From: Octopus sinensis
Taxonomy: Eukaryota
Length of the DNA stretch: 64,000 bases
NCBI RefSeq assembly: GCF_006345805.1
Contig: NC_043006.1
Location: 35,464,001 to 35,528,000 of the forward strand
Direction of reading: 5' to 3'
A model generated the notes under the pieces. It was not told the DNA's origin and did no database searches. It was given only the letters and a program-made list of their open reading frames with translations. The position numbers and the translations under genes are program-made. Positions 12,990 through 25,546 of this stretch are shown here, in pieces; the stretch's first letter is position 1, and each line of letters opens with the position of its first letter.

Positions 12990-13146
12990 ACCCTTCCCTC
13001 TTCTCATACCCTTTTGTAAGAGAGCTTAGGTTCGAAATGTAAAAGACTTCTTCCATTTTCTCTAAGCGTGAAACTAATACTCCTTGTTTGTTATTCCCTC
13101 CCCTGTCTCAGTTTTTTTATTTTAGTTTTTTGTATAATTTTGAGCC
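12990..13146 (+). mobile_element. Family B hammerhead-bearing short element, degraded
   Basis: gagcttaggttcgaaatgtaaaagac..aaactaatac..ends at (TA)n. Confidence 0.65.
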
Positions 13147-13389
13147 ATATATATATATATATATATGCTTCTTGGCTTGTTTTTAAATTTTCCCGTGAAA
13201 GCATAAAACCTAGTTTCTAAATCCCCAAACTGTATTCCTTCATTAAATATTAGGCACCATCAGCCATGTAGCCATACATGTATCTGCACCCATTTCTATG
13301 AGCTGCATAGATGTCATTGCATGGAAGATCTATATTTTTATATTCTTATTGTTTTTTTCTATTTCTGTATGAGTAGGTATTTTGAAGGG

Positions 13390-13610
13390 CCATTGCTTAG
13401 TGGAAAGGGTATTGCACTCGCGATCGCAAGATAGTTATTTCGATTCCCGAACAAGGCAGTGCGTTGAGTTCTTGAGCAAAACTTTCTATTTAAACTTGTT
13501 CCACTTCACATAGCTGTAAACAAGTCTCCTGTGACGGACTGGAATCCCGTTCAAGAAGAATGTTGTGACGTCAGTCATGTAAATGCTATGAAAACACGGT
13601 AACCATATTA
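13390..13610 (+). mobile_element. Family M SINE
   Basis: ttagtggaaagggtattgcactcgcgatc..ttcgattccc..ttcttgagcaaaac. Confidence 0.7.
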
Positions 13611-14154
13611 TGTGTGTGAGTCTTACATAAGCTGGGTCTTTTCTGGTTTGTAGAAAGCCTATTTTTCAGTAATGTTGCTGGAGCAGTGACTACCCCAATA
13701 ATTACAAGTGTAATAAACTAAAATATAGGGATAGTAAAACTAATAGGGAACACTTTGTTTGCCACTCTCAATTTTTAAATAGTCTATTTTGTATTTTACT
13801 TCAGTTCTATGAAAGGGAAACCTCTAAATATATGTATATATACATTTAGTTAAGTGACTCTGTGTATATATATGTGTGTGTGTGTGTGTGTGTTTGTGTG
13901 TGAGAATGTGTGTGTGTGTGTATACAGCCATGGATGTTGGTTAAGAAGCTCACTTTGCAACCATGTAGTCTCGGATTCAATTCCAACTATGCCTTTCATC
14001 TTACGGTTTGATAAAATAAACAGTAGCTACACACAGGCGTTCGAGGGAAATGACTAACACACTTCCTCTAAATTTCAGGCCTCGTGCATATTTTAGAAAG
14101 AATCAGTATTACTTTTATCATGATCATTATTAACATTATTATTACAAGTCGGTT

Positions 14155-14900
14155 AGGGCAGTGAGCTGGCAGAATCGTTAACGACGAAAGGCGGCGAGCT
14201 GGTAGTAATGTTAGCACGCCGGGCGAATGTTTAGCGCCATTTAGTCTGTCGCTACGTTCTGAGTTCCAATTCTGCCAAGGTCGACTTTGCCTTTCATCCT
14301 TTCGGGGTCGAATAAATAAGTACCAGTTACGCACTGGGGTCGATATAATTGACTTAATCCGTTTGTCTGTCCTTGTCTGTCCTCTCTGTGTTTAGTCCCT
14401 TGTGGGTGGTAAAGAAGTTGGTATTTCGCCCGTCGCTACGTTCTAAATTCAAATTCCGCCGAGGTCTACTTTGCATTTCATCCTTTCGGGGACGATAAAT
14501 TAAGTACCAGTTGCGTATGGGTCGATCTAATTGACTGACCCCTCCCCCAATATTTCGGACCTTGTGCCTAGAGTAGAAAATAATCGTTAGCGATAAGCTT
14601 GCAGAATCATTAGGACGCTAGACGAAATGTTTAGCGGTATTTCGCCCGTCGCTACGTTCTGAGTTCAAATTCCGCCGAGGTCGACTTTGCTTCTTATCCT
14701 TTCGAGTTAGATAAATTAAGTAACCCAGGTTCGAATCCTGGTCATGGCAGCGCAGTATAATTTTAAAAGGCTGTGCTCCAGCATGGCCACAGTCAAATGA
14801 CTGAAACAAGTAAAAGAGTAAAAGAGAGTTACGTCCTGGGGTTGATCTAATCGACTGGCCCCCTCCCCCAAAATTTTGGGCCTTGTGCCTAGAGTAAAAA
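14155..14900 (+). mobile_element. Cluster of family N SINEs: head fragment, dimer, and a copy interrupted at 14720-14826
   Basis: ggcggcgagctgg heads at ~14157 and ~14190; three N bodies; both tail types present. Confidence 0.92.
14720..14826 (+). pseudogene. tRNA-His 3' half (T-arm and acceptor strand) fused to the LINE/SINE 3' tail
   Basis: gtaacccaggttcgaatcctggtcatggca matches the recalled invertebrate tRNA-His(GUG) 3' end with 1 mismatch; followed by aaggctgtgctccagcatggccacagtcaaatgactgaaacaag(taaaagag)2. Confidence 0.75.
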
Positions 14901-15284
14901 AAAAAACAGTATTTGACTAGGAATTTAGTTTTCGACTCCAAAAATAGGAAAGACAATGTTGACCTCGACGGGTTTTGAATGTTTACGCTATAATACAAGA
15001 TGGAAGCCCCAGGTTTTCACACGAAGCTGGTCCTTCCAATACTCCACCCTGCCTTATACTGAAGATTACATTAAAGGTACGCGATTTTGAATAATACTTG
15101 GTCGCTTTGGAGTACAATACAAGAAATAGGTAGTTACATTGTGTGAGGAACCGGAATAGTCGCGGTCGAACCCGACGGAAGATGATCCATTATTTTTATA
15201 AATTATTTTCTATTACATGTTGTGTGCGTTTGTCTCTAGTTTTGTATGAATACATGTGGGCACTCATGTGGATATGCTGGTGGA

Positions 15285-15505
15285 TATTCGTTTCAAATTT
15301 CCTCACAAAAGCAGAAATTTCAGGGGAACGGAAGTAAGGAAGTAAATCGATTACATCGATCCCCACGGCTCAACTTGTATTCATTTTACCTTCCCTGAAA
15401 GGGTGAAAGAAAAGGTCGACTCGGTGAAATTTGAACTCAAATTAAAAGATGAACGAAACGCCGCTAAGCACTTTGCTCTGCGTGTTAATGATTCTGGTTG
15501 CTCGC
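15285..15505 (-). mobile_element. Family N SINE, degraded
   Basis: aaggtcgactcggtgaaatttgaactc..gccgctaagca. Confidence 0.8.
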
Positions 15506-15654
15506 CGCATTCTGTTGGTGAATATTGAGAGGCGTGTACATGCATTTCTGAAAGCTACAAAATACGCTGCATGTTGTATACGCATAATGCACGTGGCTGC
15601 TTAGTAAGTTTAAACGTGGTGCCGGGTTGCTGCAACACATAATATCAGTCAAAG

Positions 15655-16000
15655 ATATGGTTGAATGGTTAAGACAGTTAGCGGGCAAGGACGTGCTTAC
15701 GGGTTTAATCTTACTGCGCTGTATCTTGGACAAGTGTCTTCTACTGTAGTCACGGGCTGACCAATACCTGGCGAGTGAATTTGGTAAACGAATACTACGT
15801 GGATGTCCGATGTATGTGCGTGCATGTGTGTGTATCTGGTGTGTTTGTATCACACCCCGTTTGACGATCGAGGTTTGTTTGTTTACGTCCCCGTAACTTA
15901 ACGGTTCGGCAAGAGAAATGGACAGAATAAGTACAAAATTTTAAACAGTAAGTACGGGAGTTCGATCTGTTCGTCTAAAATCGTTGGCTCAAACAAATGA
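15655..16000 (+). mobile_element. Family C SINE, degraded
   Basis: caagtgtcttctactgtag..gtttacgtccccgtaacttaacggttcggcaaga. Confidence 0.85.
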
Positions 16001-16118
16001 AAGATAATGGATTTTATATAGAAGTTAAAAAACATAGAATAAATGCAAAAACCAACGAAAAACACACACAATGGCAAGTTGCAAAACATACTAAATGCAC
16101 AGACGAACGAAATACATA

Positions 16119-16157
<39 letters not shown>

Positions 16158-16162
<5 letters not shown>

Positions 16163-17307
16163 AAATGTAAATAATGTACATAATTCCTCATCGCTTAAAT
16201 ATAGAACTATATATATATATGTATATATATACATTCTTATATATATACATACATATACATATAAATATATATACATATATATGTACATACATATATGTAT
16301 ATATATACATTCTTATATATATACATACATATACATATAAATATATATACATATATATGTACATACATATATATATATAATCTATATACATACATGCTTA
16401 CACGTACCCACACATGGGTATGTGGGTGTGTTTGTGTGTGTGTGTTTGTGCATGCTTGCATGTTTGAATGCGTCGTATATATCTATCTCTACCTATGAAC
16501 ATGCAGGTTTACTCCAGTGGTTAACCCGTAACTCGTGCGAACCCTCGGCCACATAGCAAAAGATTTCGTTTTTCGTATAGTATATTTAGATACAACTCAC
16601 TTTCACACCGAGTTCCTTTACCTCCCATAATCTACTTATTACCCAGAGGAAGGATTTCAACTCAGCTCGTTCAAGTATAGGAAACACTCACCAGATTTTT
16701 AATGTTACCCCATTACAGTTCATAAGGGTTCATAGAATAACTGAACATGAAAGGTGTTGTATTTAAGTGGCTGCTTTACATATGAACGTTAATGTATCTT
16801 CGTATTACTAGCAGTAAACGTATTTATAGGATACGGTATCAACTTCAGAGTTTCTATGTCGTCGCTCGACCTGCAAGAAATAGCAGACACATTTCTTACA
16901 AAGAAATAAACATCTTTTAAATTAGAAAAATCACATTGAATAATGTAGTTCTCATTACATGCTCAAAAACAAAATACGAGCTGGGCGGGCACGATCAGAA
17001 CGCCTTTGATTACAGCTTTATGCAATCGGATTCTACATGTTTATATAACGGCGACAGTAGCATGATGTTTATGGAATCTGTCGATAAATCATTATGTTAT
17101 GCTTAAGTGCATGTGTTTTTGTTTATACGTACGGGCACATATGCATGGATAGTGGCAATTTTTTTATTAAATATATTTAGCTTTACATATCATAACAGAT
17201 TGTCTGCAAAACACGAGCAATTTCTGTCTGTTTGCGCATGCGTTATTTACGTCAGCATGTGTTGGCTTTGGCTAGCGTTCTTTATGAGCGTGCATATATG
17301 CATGTAA

Positions 17308-17347
<40 letters not shown>

Positions 17348-18514
17348 TATTATATATATATATATCCGTCAAATGTAAATAATGTACATAATTCCTCATC
17401 GCTTAAATATAGAACTATATATATATATATGTATATATATACATTCTTATATATATACATACATAACATATAAATATATATACATATATGTACATACATA
17501 TATGTATATATATACATTCTTATATATATACATACATATACATATAAATATATATACATATATATGTACATACATATATATATAATCTATATACATACAT
17601 GCTTACACGTACCCACACATGGGTATGTGGGTGTGTTTGTGTGTGTGTGTGTTTGTGCATGCTTGCATGTTTGAATGCGTCGTATATATCTATCTCTACC
17701 TATGAACATGCAGGTTTACTCCAGTGGTTAACCCGTAACTCGTGCGAACCCTCGGCCACATAGCAAAAGATTTCGTTTTTCGTATAGTATATTTAGATAC
17801 AACTCACTTTCACACCGAGTTCCTTTACCTCCCATAATCTACTTATTACCCAGAGGAAGGATTTCAACTCAGCTCGTTCAAGTATAGGAAACACTCACCA
17901 GATTTTTAATGTTACCCCATTACAGTTCATAAGGGTTCATAGAATAACTGAACATGAAAGGTGTTGTATTTAAGTGGCTGCTTTACAATGAACGTTAATG
18001 TATCTTCGTATTACTAGCAGTAAACGTATTTATAGGATACGGTATCAACTTCAGAGTTTCTATGTCGTTCGCTCGACCTGCAAGAAATAGCAGACACATT
18101 TCTTACAAAGAAATAAACATCTTTTAAATTAGAAAAATCACATTGAATAATGTAGTTCTCATTACATGCTCAAAAACAAAATACGAGCTGGGCGGGCACG
18201 ATCAGAACGCCTTTGATTACAGCTTTATGCAATCGGATTCTACATGTTTATATAACGGCGACAGTAGCATGATGTTTATGGAATCTGTCGATAAATCATT
18301 ATGTTATGCTTAAGTGCATGTGTTTTTGTTTATACGTACGGGCACATATGCATGGATAGTGGCAATTTTTTTATTAAATATATTTAGCTTTACATATCAT
18401 AACAGATTGTCTGCAAAACACGAGCAATTTCTGTCTGTTTGCGCATGCGTTATTTACGTCAGCATGTGTTGGCTTTGGCTAGCGTTCTTTATGAGCGTGC
18501 ATATATGCATGTAA

Positions 18515-18516
<2 letters not shown>
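16158..18516 (+). repeat. Near-identical 1.2-kb tandem duplication (16158-17309 / 17366-18516)
   Basis: Colinear unique sequence at an offset of ~1207; identical ORF translations at 17107 and 18314; breakpoints in (TA)n. Confidence 0.95.
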
Positions 18517-18555
<39 letters not shown>

Positions 18556-18582
18556 TATACATACACACACATACACACACAC

Positions 18583-18617
<35 letters not shown>

Positions 18618-18842
18618 CATACATACATATATGTGTGTGTGTTAGTGTGATATGTGCGTTGTGTGTCTGTGAGTGTATATATATATATATATATATATAT
18701 ACAGCAAAACAATTTAGATTCAAATGAATATGGTACTTAATTTAGATGCACCAGAATTTTTTATGGTATTACCCATAAAATTATGTGGGGTGATTATAAC
18801 CCAAAAATAAGCAACAAGAATGGCTTGTTGCTTATTTTTGGG

Positions 18843-18880
<38 letters not shown>

Positions 18881-19850
18881 AAACGTGTATAGATAGATGG
18901 AAAGAGTAAAGATAGATTTAAGGTGAGAGAAAGAGAAAGAGACGGAGGGAGAAGGAAAGAAACTAATAACACCAATGTACAATGAGTCTTTATTTGTAAT
19001 GAATCCACTTACACACACTCTAATAAAAAGCACATTTCTTTAATCCCAGAAAAGAGTGTCTGTGAAAAATATTATAATGGTCTAGAGTCGGATTAGAACT
19101 TAGGATGTACAGGGCTATGGCTAAATTTTGTTAGTCATTTCGTTCAATGCTTCTCCCCCACCACACGCACATAAACACACATTACATTCCTATCTCTCCA
19201 CCAATCAAACTGCTAGTGTTTCTACTTGGCTTATGGAACTACTATAGCTGCTATTACTGGAAGAAATGCTACTGCTACTTCTACATCTACTAAAGATATA
19301 GGACAAAATATTTCGCTACTTTATAGAATATAATATTGATTTCTAATGTTGGTACACAGCCAAAAATTCTTGTGAGGAATGGGGCTATGGTAGATTTCAT
19401 TGACCTTAATATTTCACTGGTATTTTATTCAATCGGCCTCAGAAGGTTGAAAGATAAAGCTCGCTTGGACGGGATGCGGGATTCGAAATCAGAGTGTATT
19501 ATAAAAGTAACCAAATGCATTTGTTTGAATGATAGGTGGAAGCATGTGGGTAGGTATGTCGGTTGAACGGTAGATGATAGAGAGAAAGATGAAGGCAGGG
19601 AGACGGAGGAGAGAGATTGATAACAACAATGGTACAAATATATTATTTGTAATCAACCCCGCCAACAAAGGTTTTGCTGAACGCAGAGAATTATCCACAA
19701 TAATAATTCCTGCACAAAGGAAAAAAAAAACAAAAAACGGGTGATTAATTTTGATTATAGGCTTGCTCGATCAGAGCTGTCCTCAAAACTCTGATAGCAT
19801 TTATTAGAGGCGTTCCATCCCTGCCCACCTCATTCATTTCTTTTTTTTTT

Positions 19851-20250
19851 CTTTTTACTTGTTTCAGTCATTTGACTGTGGCTATGCTGGAGGACCGCTT
19901 TAAAGGGTGTTGGTCGAAGACATCGACCCCAGGACATTCTTTCTTAGCCTAGTCCTTATTTTATCGGTCTCTTTTGCTGAGCCGCTTACTTACAGGAACA
20001 TAAGTACATCAGCATCGACTGTCAAGTGACGGCAGGGGAACAAACACAGGCACACAGACACATATGTGTGTGTGTGTGCGTGTGTGTGTGTGCGACGGGG
20101 TTCTTTCAATTTCCGTCAACTAAATCCACTCACAAGGTGTTGATCGGCCCGAGGCTATAGTAGAAGAGTGTTGCCTAAGTTGCCACGCATTTGGACTGAA
20201 CCCAGAACCATGAGGTTGGAATGCAAGCTTCTTACCACACAGCCACCTCC
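19851..20250 (-). mobile_element. Family C SINE, full length
   Basis: Tail, body, internal (TG)n and head all present. Confidence 0.92.
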
Positions 20251-21283
20251 TTTTTATTTTATTTTATTTTATTGTTTTCAAAACATGTTAATCTAGGTTT
20301 ACATTATCCATTGTGTCCTTTATTTTTATTTTTATTTCTTTTAGTAAACTAGGGTTTGCCGCGTACCAGCTCCCTAGTCGATCGTGTAATGATGGATTCA
20401 TTATTATAGTTACTGTTGTTGATGCTATGGTCCCCACCACCGCCTCCGCGGTGATAGTACTGGTGCTATTGTAACCTCTGGTCGGCTTCGATCGAGATGG
20501 CTTGGAGCACGGAGGAAGCTAATGCTGTGTAAATCGCAACCCCACCAATTAAGTCCCCAGATTTTGGTCCTAATCTTCCATGTTAAAGCTAATAAGTAAG
20601 TAGCTGCTGCCGTGTAGCAGAAGTGCATGATGAACGATCAGCAGTTCCAATGCATGCATGCTGTTGTGCAGGCCCAGGCCAGTTCTCACCCAGCAGTTCT
20701 ATAAAACACAGGTCGCTGTTGTTATGTGAGGAGATCTCACTCACAAAGCTGATTCTAACTCTGCAGCTTTAACAAGTCTCTTCTAACGGAGAACTATACT
20801 ACACACTACAATATGCAATGCGGAATGATACGGGGTAGAGTGTAACAGTCTCGTCTGTTACACGATTATTACATTACTGCGGCGGTTGCTGCTGTTTCAT
20901 ATTCTTACGGCTGTTATTAATGTTATTGTTGATTACTAGGAAGCTGACAGCATCGTTAGCACATCGGGCAAAATGATGGGGAAAATAATTACTTCAGGCT
21001 CTTTGCGTTCTGAGTCACCTTTGCTTTTTTGAATCGTACCAGTCAACTACTGTGGTCGATGTATTCGGCGTGACCTCCCCTCGCAAAATTGTAGACCTTG
21101 TGCCAAAATTAGAACAAGAAATTATTATAATTTCACTTTTTGTATATGGTTTCCGAGATTCTTTATGTGAATTCGTGTCTTGAAGCAAATTTTATAGAAT
21201 CTGGGGAGAGTCATTCTCTTTTAGTGCCTTATTACTTAACGGTTCGGTTTCCACTCATTTACTTATTATTATACAGTATATCT

Positions 21284-21494
21284 AAGGCGGCGAGCTAGCC
21301 GAAACGTTAGCACGCCGGGTAAATTGCTTAGCGGTACTTTGTCATTATTTTCTGAGTTCAAATTCCGCCGAGGTCGACTTTGCCTTTCATCCTTTCAGGG
21401 TCGATAAATTAAGTACCAGTATCGTACTAGGGTTGTTCTAATCAACTGTCCCCTCCTGCCAAAATTTCGGGCCTTGTGCTTAAAGTAGAAACGA
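21284..21494 (+). mobile_element. Family N SINE monomer with TSD
   Basis: aaggcggcgagctagcc..cttgtgcttaaagtagaa; flanked by attatacagtatatct / attatacattatatct. Confidence 0.92.
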
Positions 21495-21537
21495 ATTATA
21501 CATTATATCTGGGTCTGAGCTGGGGCTAAATCTTAAC

Positions 21538-21740
21538 AAAATACTGGAGAGGAAGGCTCCAAATTTCGACATTAGAGAAAATTTTAATGCACAAACTGGT
21601 AGATACTGTTAGCTTCCAAATATACCACCTTCGAAATCATGAGCAAATACACTATATTGACCCAGTCCAATATTTAGAGGTCCCCAGTTATTGAACTGCC
21701 TACCAGAAGATATAAAAGGGATTTCTACTGAAACATTCGA
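21538..21740 (+). pseudogene. Non-LTR retrotransposon (CR1-group-like) ORF2 C-terminal relic; left arm of an inverted repeat
   Basis: Manual translation KILERKAPNFDIRENFNAQTGRYC*LPNIPPSKS*ANTLY*PSPIFRGPQLLNCLPEDIKGISTETF fits the KILE..PN..GPxLFNxLP..FK pattern. Confidence 0.7.
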
Positions 21741-21820
21741 ACTTATTAAGCTGTGTTATAATTCTTGTTACTGCTAAAGATGTACATGATGTTGTTATTA
21801 TCGATACTGCTGTCCTTATA

Positions 21821-22216
21821 TTCTCTTAATGACTTCAGTCCTAAGACTGCAGCCATGCTGGAGGACCGCCTTAATTTATTTTATATTCGTCTTGCTGCCG
21901 CTTTATGGCCGGAAGCTGGTCTATGATTTTGTAGCAGCTGGTCTTTCCTGAGTGTATCCTTGAATGCTGGGCTGGTCCAGTATCGTCGTTACGAGTTTAT
22001 TCAATGTCTTTTTTTAATGTTTCAGTAGAGGCCCTTTTTTATATTTTCTGGTAGGCGGTTCAATAATAGGGGACCTCTAAATATTGGACTGGGTCAATAT
22101 AGTGTATTTGCTCATGATTTTGAAGGTGCTATATTTGGAAGCTAACGGTATCTACCAGTTGGTGCATTGACATTTTCTTTGATGCCGAAGTCTGGAGCAT
22201 TCCTCTCCAGCATTTT
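21821..22216 (-). pseudogene. Same LINE relic continuing to its 3' UTR and tail; right arm
   Basis: Minus strand continues ..LNKLVTTILDQPSIQGYTQERPAATKS* and then aaggcggtcctccagcatggctgcagtcttaggactgaa. Confidence 0.72.
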
Positions 22217-22399
22217 GTTATGATTTAGCCTCAGGTTAGGCATAAGTATAATGTATCTAGTAGTACTTAACCCCATGTATACCTACCGTGAACTGCAGTT
22301 GTAAATATTTTTGTCGTTGTTTAGGTTATTTTACTTAAAGTCAGACCTGACTAAGCAGATTTGTAATTTAAGGATGATAATTAGGGTGTTAATAAGGAT

Positions 22400-22620
22400 G
22401 GGTTCTAATTTAGGCCCAGGGCCAGCACTTTTGAGTGGTAGGGAGTTAGTTGGTTACATCATTCCCAGTACATGGCTGGTGCGTTAATTTTTTGACCTGG
22501 AGGGGCAAAAGTTAAAGTTGGTCTCGGTGTGATTTGAACTCAGAAGAGCAAGAACCAAAACAAATAGTGCAGGGGATATTTTTTTTTCCAGATGTTCTAA
22601 CGATTCTGCCAATCCTTCGC
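22400..22620 (-). mobile_element. Family N SINE, degraded
   Basis: atttgaactcagaa..ctaacgattctgcca. Confidence 0.7.
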
Positions 22621-22676
22621 CCCTAAGGGTTCTGAAAAGGATACATTAAATATAAGACTAATAAGTTTCAACAATA

Positions 22677-22781
22677 GGCGCAGGAATGGCTGTGTGGTAA
22701 GTAGCTTCCTTCCAAACCACATGGTTCCGGGTTCAGCCTTGTGAGTAGATTTGGTTGGCGGAAACTGAAAGAAGCTCGTCG

Positions 22782-22867
<86 letters not shown>

Positions 22868-23080
22868 ATGTGTATGCGTGTGTGTGTGTGTGTGTGTGTG
22901 AATTTTTATACCCCACCATCACTGGTGTGTTTACGTCCCCGTTACTTACCGGTTCGGCAAAAGAAACCGTTAGAATAAGTACTAGGCTTACAAAGAATAA
23001 GTCCTGGGTTGATTTGTTCGACAAAAGCGGTGCTCCAGCATGGCTGCAGTCAAATGACTGAAACAAATAAAAGAATAAAA
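22677..23080 (+). mobile_element. Family C SINE, young, with internal deletion of part of the CORE
   Basis: ggcgcaggaatggctgtgtggtaag..(TA)n(TG)n..gcggtgctccagcatggctgcagtcaaatgactgaaacaaataaaagaataaaa. Confidence 0.93.
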
Positions 23081-23104
23081 AACCTGGATTGTCTATGTTT
23101 TTTT

Positions 23105-23420
23105 ATCACTTGTTTTCTGTCATTAGACTGCGGCTATGCTGGGACACCGCTTGAAGGGTTTTAATCAACAGATCGACCCCAGTACTTGTGAGTTTCTTAA
23201 AAAAACATCTACTCCTCATTGTATCGCTACTTTAGCTGAACTGTTAATTTATACAAGAAACACACAGACGCTAGTTATCAAGTTGTGGTCGCACACACAC
23301 ACACACACACACATATATACCCCCCACACGAACAAACACGCACACAAGCACGGGCAAACACACACATACAAAACGCAGTGCGGTACCGAACTTGACCACG
23401 TTGTTACAAAGCGAACTTTG
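23105..23420 (-). mobile_element. Family C SINE, degraded
   Basis: gactgcggctatgctgggacaccgc..atcgaccccagtac. Confidence 0.8.
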
Positions 23421-23484
23421 CTTATCGTATGTATACGGGGTGGAATCAGACTGGCGGACTGGTAGAGAGGGGAAATGCAAAAAA

Positions 23485-23798
23485 GCGGTAAGAAGTTTGC
23501 TTCCCAACCACATGGTTCCGGGTTCAGTTCCACTACGTGACACCTTAGTCACGTGAATTCAACTACAGCCTCGGGCCGACCAAGGCCTTGTGAGTAGATT
23601 TGGTAGCTTGACAACCGGTGGTGGTGTGTTTATGTCCTCGTAACATAGCAGTTCAGCGAAAGAGACGAATAGAAAAAGTACCAGGTTTTCAAAAAAAATT
23701 TTTTAAATAGTAAGTAGTGGGGGTTCATTCGTTCGACTATAATTCTTCAAGATGGTGCTCCAGCATGGGCGCAGTCTAATGACTGAAACAATTAAAAT
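23485..23798 (+). mobile_element. Family C SINE with internal deletion
   Basis: ttcccaaccacatggttccgggttcag..ggtgctccagcatgggcgcagtctaatgactgaaac. Confidence 0.88.
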
Positions 23799-23864
23799 AT
23801 ACAAGCTAAATCCTATCTTTTATTTATGCCTTTCCCAACAGCTCAGACGACCATTTCGAGCCGC

Positions 23865-23985
23865 CATTCACGTTGTTGTTGTTGGCGGTCATGATGGAGT
23901 TAGCGCATCCGTCGTCGTCGTCGTCGTTTTTGTTGTCATTGCTGTTGATGTTGTAGTTGTTATAGTTGCTATTTTTACTGCTACC

Positions 23986-24018
<33 letters not shown>

Positions 24019-24660
24019 GGTACTGCTGTTACTGCGGCAGTTGTTGTTGTTGTTTTTCTCCCAATTCGCTTCTATTATTGTTTCTCGTGTTTGTAACTCC
24101 TGTGATGTCTGCCATTGCTATTTATAATAACTTGTAAGCTACTTGCTTCTGCTGCTGCTGCTGAAGATGTTGATGTTGTTATTACCATTGTAATTATTTG
24201 CAGTAGTAGTAGTAGTAGTAATGATTGTTGTTGTTGTTGTTGCTGTTCATTCACCTGCTGCTCGTAATTGTGTTGTTGTTCGTGGTAGTAGTGGAGGTGG
24301 TGGCGGCGGCGGCGGTCGTCGAGGCGTTGTAATCATAGAAGCTCTTATATTTATAATTGCAGCAATCGTTGTTGTTGCTGGTGGTGATGATGGTGGAAGT
24401 GGTGGTGGTGGTGGTGGTGCTGGTGGTGCTGGTGCTGGTATTTATGATGATGGTGATGATGACGAGGATGATGCCTACTGCCGTGGTTGTCGCCGTCGTA
24501 GCTACTGTTTTGATCGGTGTTCTTATAATCAGCCGCTGCCGAGGCATTAACAGCTTCTTATAGTGATGATGATTGATTATTGATGATGATGAGGATGATG
24601 ATGAAGAGGATGGGGTGGAGAAGCATGGCGATGACGGGGAGGTAGACGAGGGCGTAGCAA
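23865..24660. repeat. Degenerate triplet tract (GTT/GCT/GGT/GAT)n
   Basis: Directly visible. Confidence 0.92.
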
Positions 24661-24759
24661 AATCGTTTCTAAAGTTAATACAAGGTCAAACATGAGCATA
24701 TTTATACACATGCATACATGCATCTAGAAGCACATATGTAAACGTACATGCACACACCC

Positions 24760-24815
<56 letters not shown>

Positions 24816-24877
24816 ATATATATATAATATATATATATGTGTATATATATATATGTAATATATATATATATGTATAT

Positions 24878-24934
<57 letters not shown>

Positions 24935-24951
24935 TATATTATATGTATGAA

Positions 24952-24982
<31 letters not shown>

Positions 24983-25484
24983 GCATGGTTCGTTGGATGA
25001 ACGAACGTATGTATGTTTCTGTGTGTGTATATGTACATGAATGTATCTATATGAATGTGAGTGTGTGTGTGCGTGGGTGTGTGTGAACGTTTGTGTATGA
25101 AGGCTTTAAATTTTAAGAAAGCCGGGTAGATTTTCTTGTTCAAGATGTCGTGAGTATCGGAAGCGTATAAATTATGGAAGACTTCATCAGGCTGTCCGGT
25201 ACATATCCGATTGCTCTTGCTGTGTCTGTAAGTTCATGTAGGTGTGTATTTGCATATTTATATACGTGTTTGCTTATTTACGTACATGCGTTTGTATTTA
25301 AACATATACTTCTATAGAGGAAAGAGAAATAGAAAATGATAGATAGATGCGTAGATGGGTAGATAGATAAGTACAGAGATAGATAAATAGATAGGTACGT
25401 TGATAGATAGATATACAGACAGACAGACGGACAGACAAACAGACAGAAAGACAGACAGACAGACAGGCAGACAGACAGACAGAC

Positions 25485-25541
<57 letters not shown>

Positions 25542-25546
25542 TTGCA

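Noticed and set aside
14155-14900. SINE heads as tRNA genes; SINE arrays as CRISPR-like repeats
   Set aside because: Heads lack a complete cloverleaf and continue into SINE bodies; the arrays have no unique spacers and the DNA is eukaryotic
16521-16732. TTAACCC..GGGTTCA piggyBac-like ends
   Set aside because: The inverted match is too short and the right TTAA is absent
25150-25195. Minus-strand CUGAUGA
   Set aside because: No stem II or GAAAC at a compatible position
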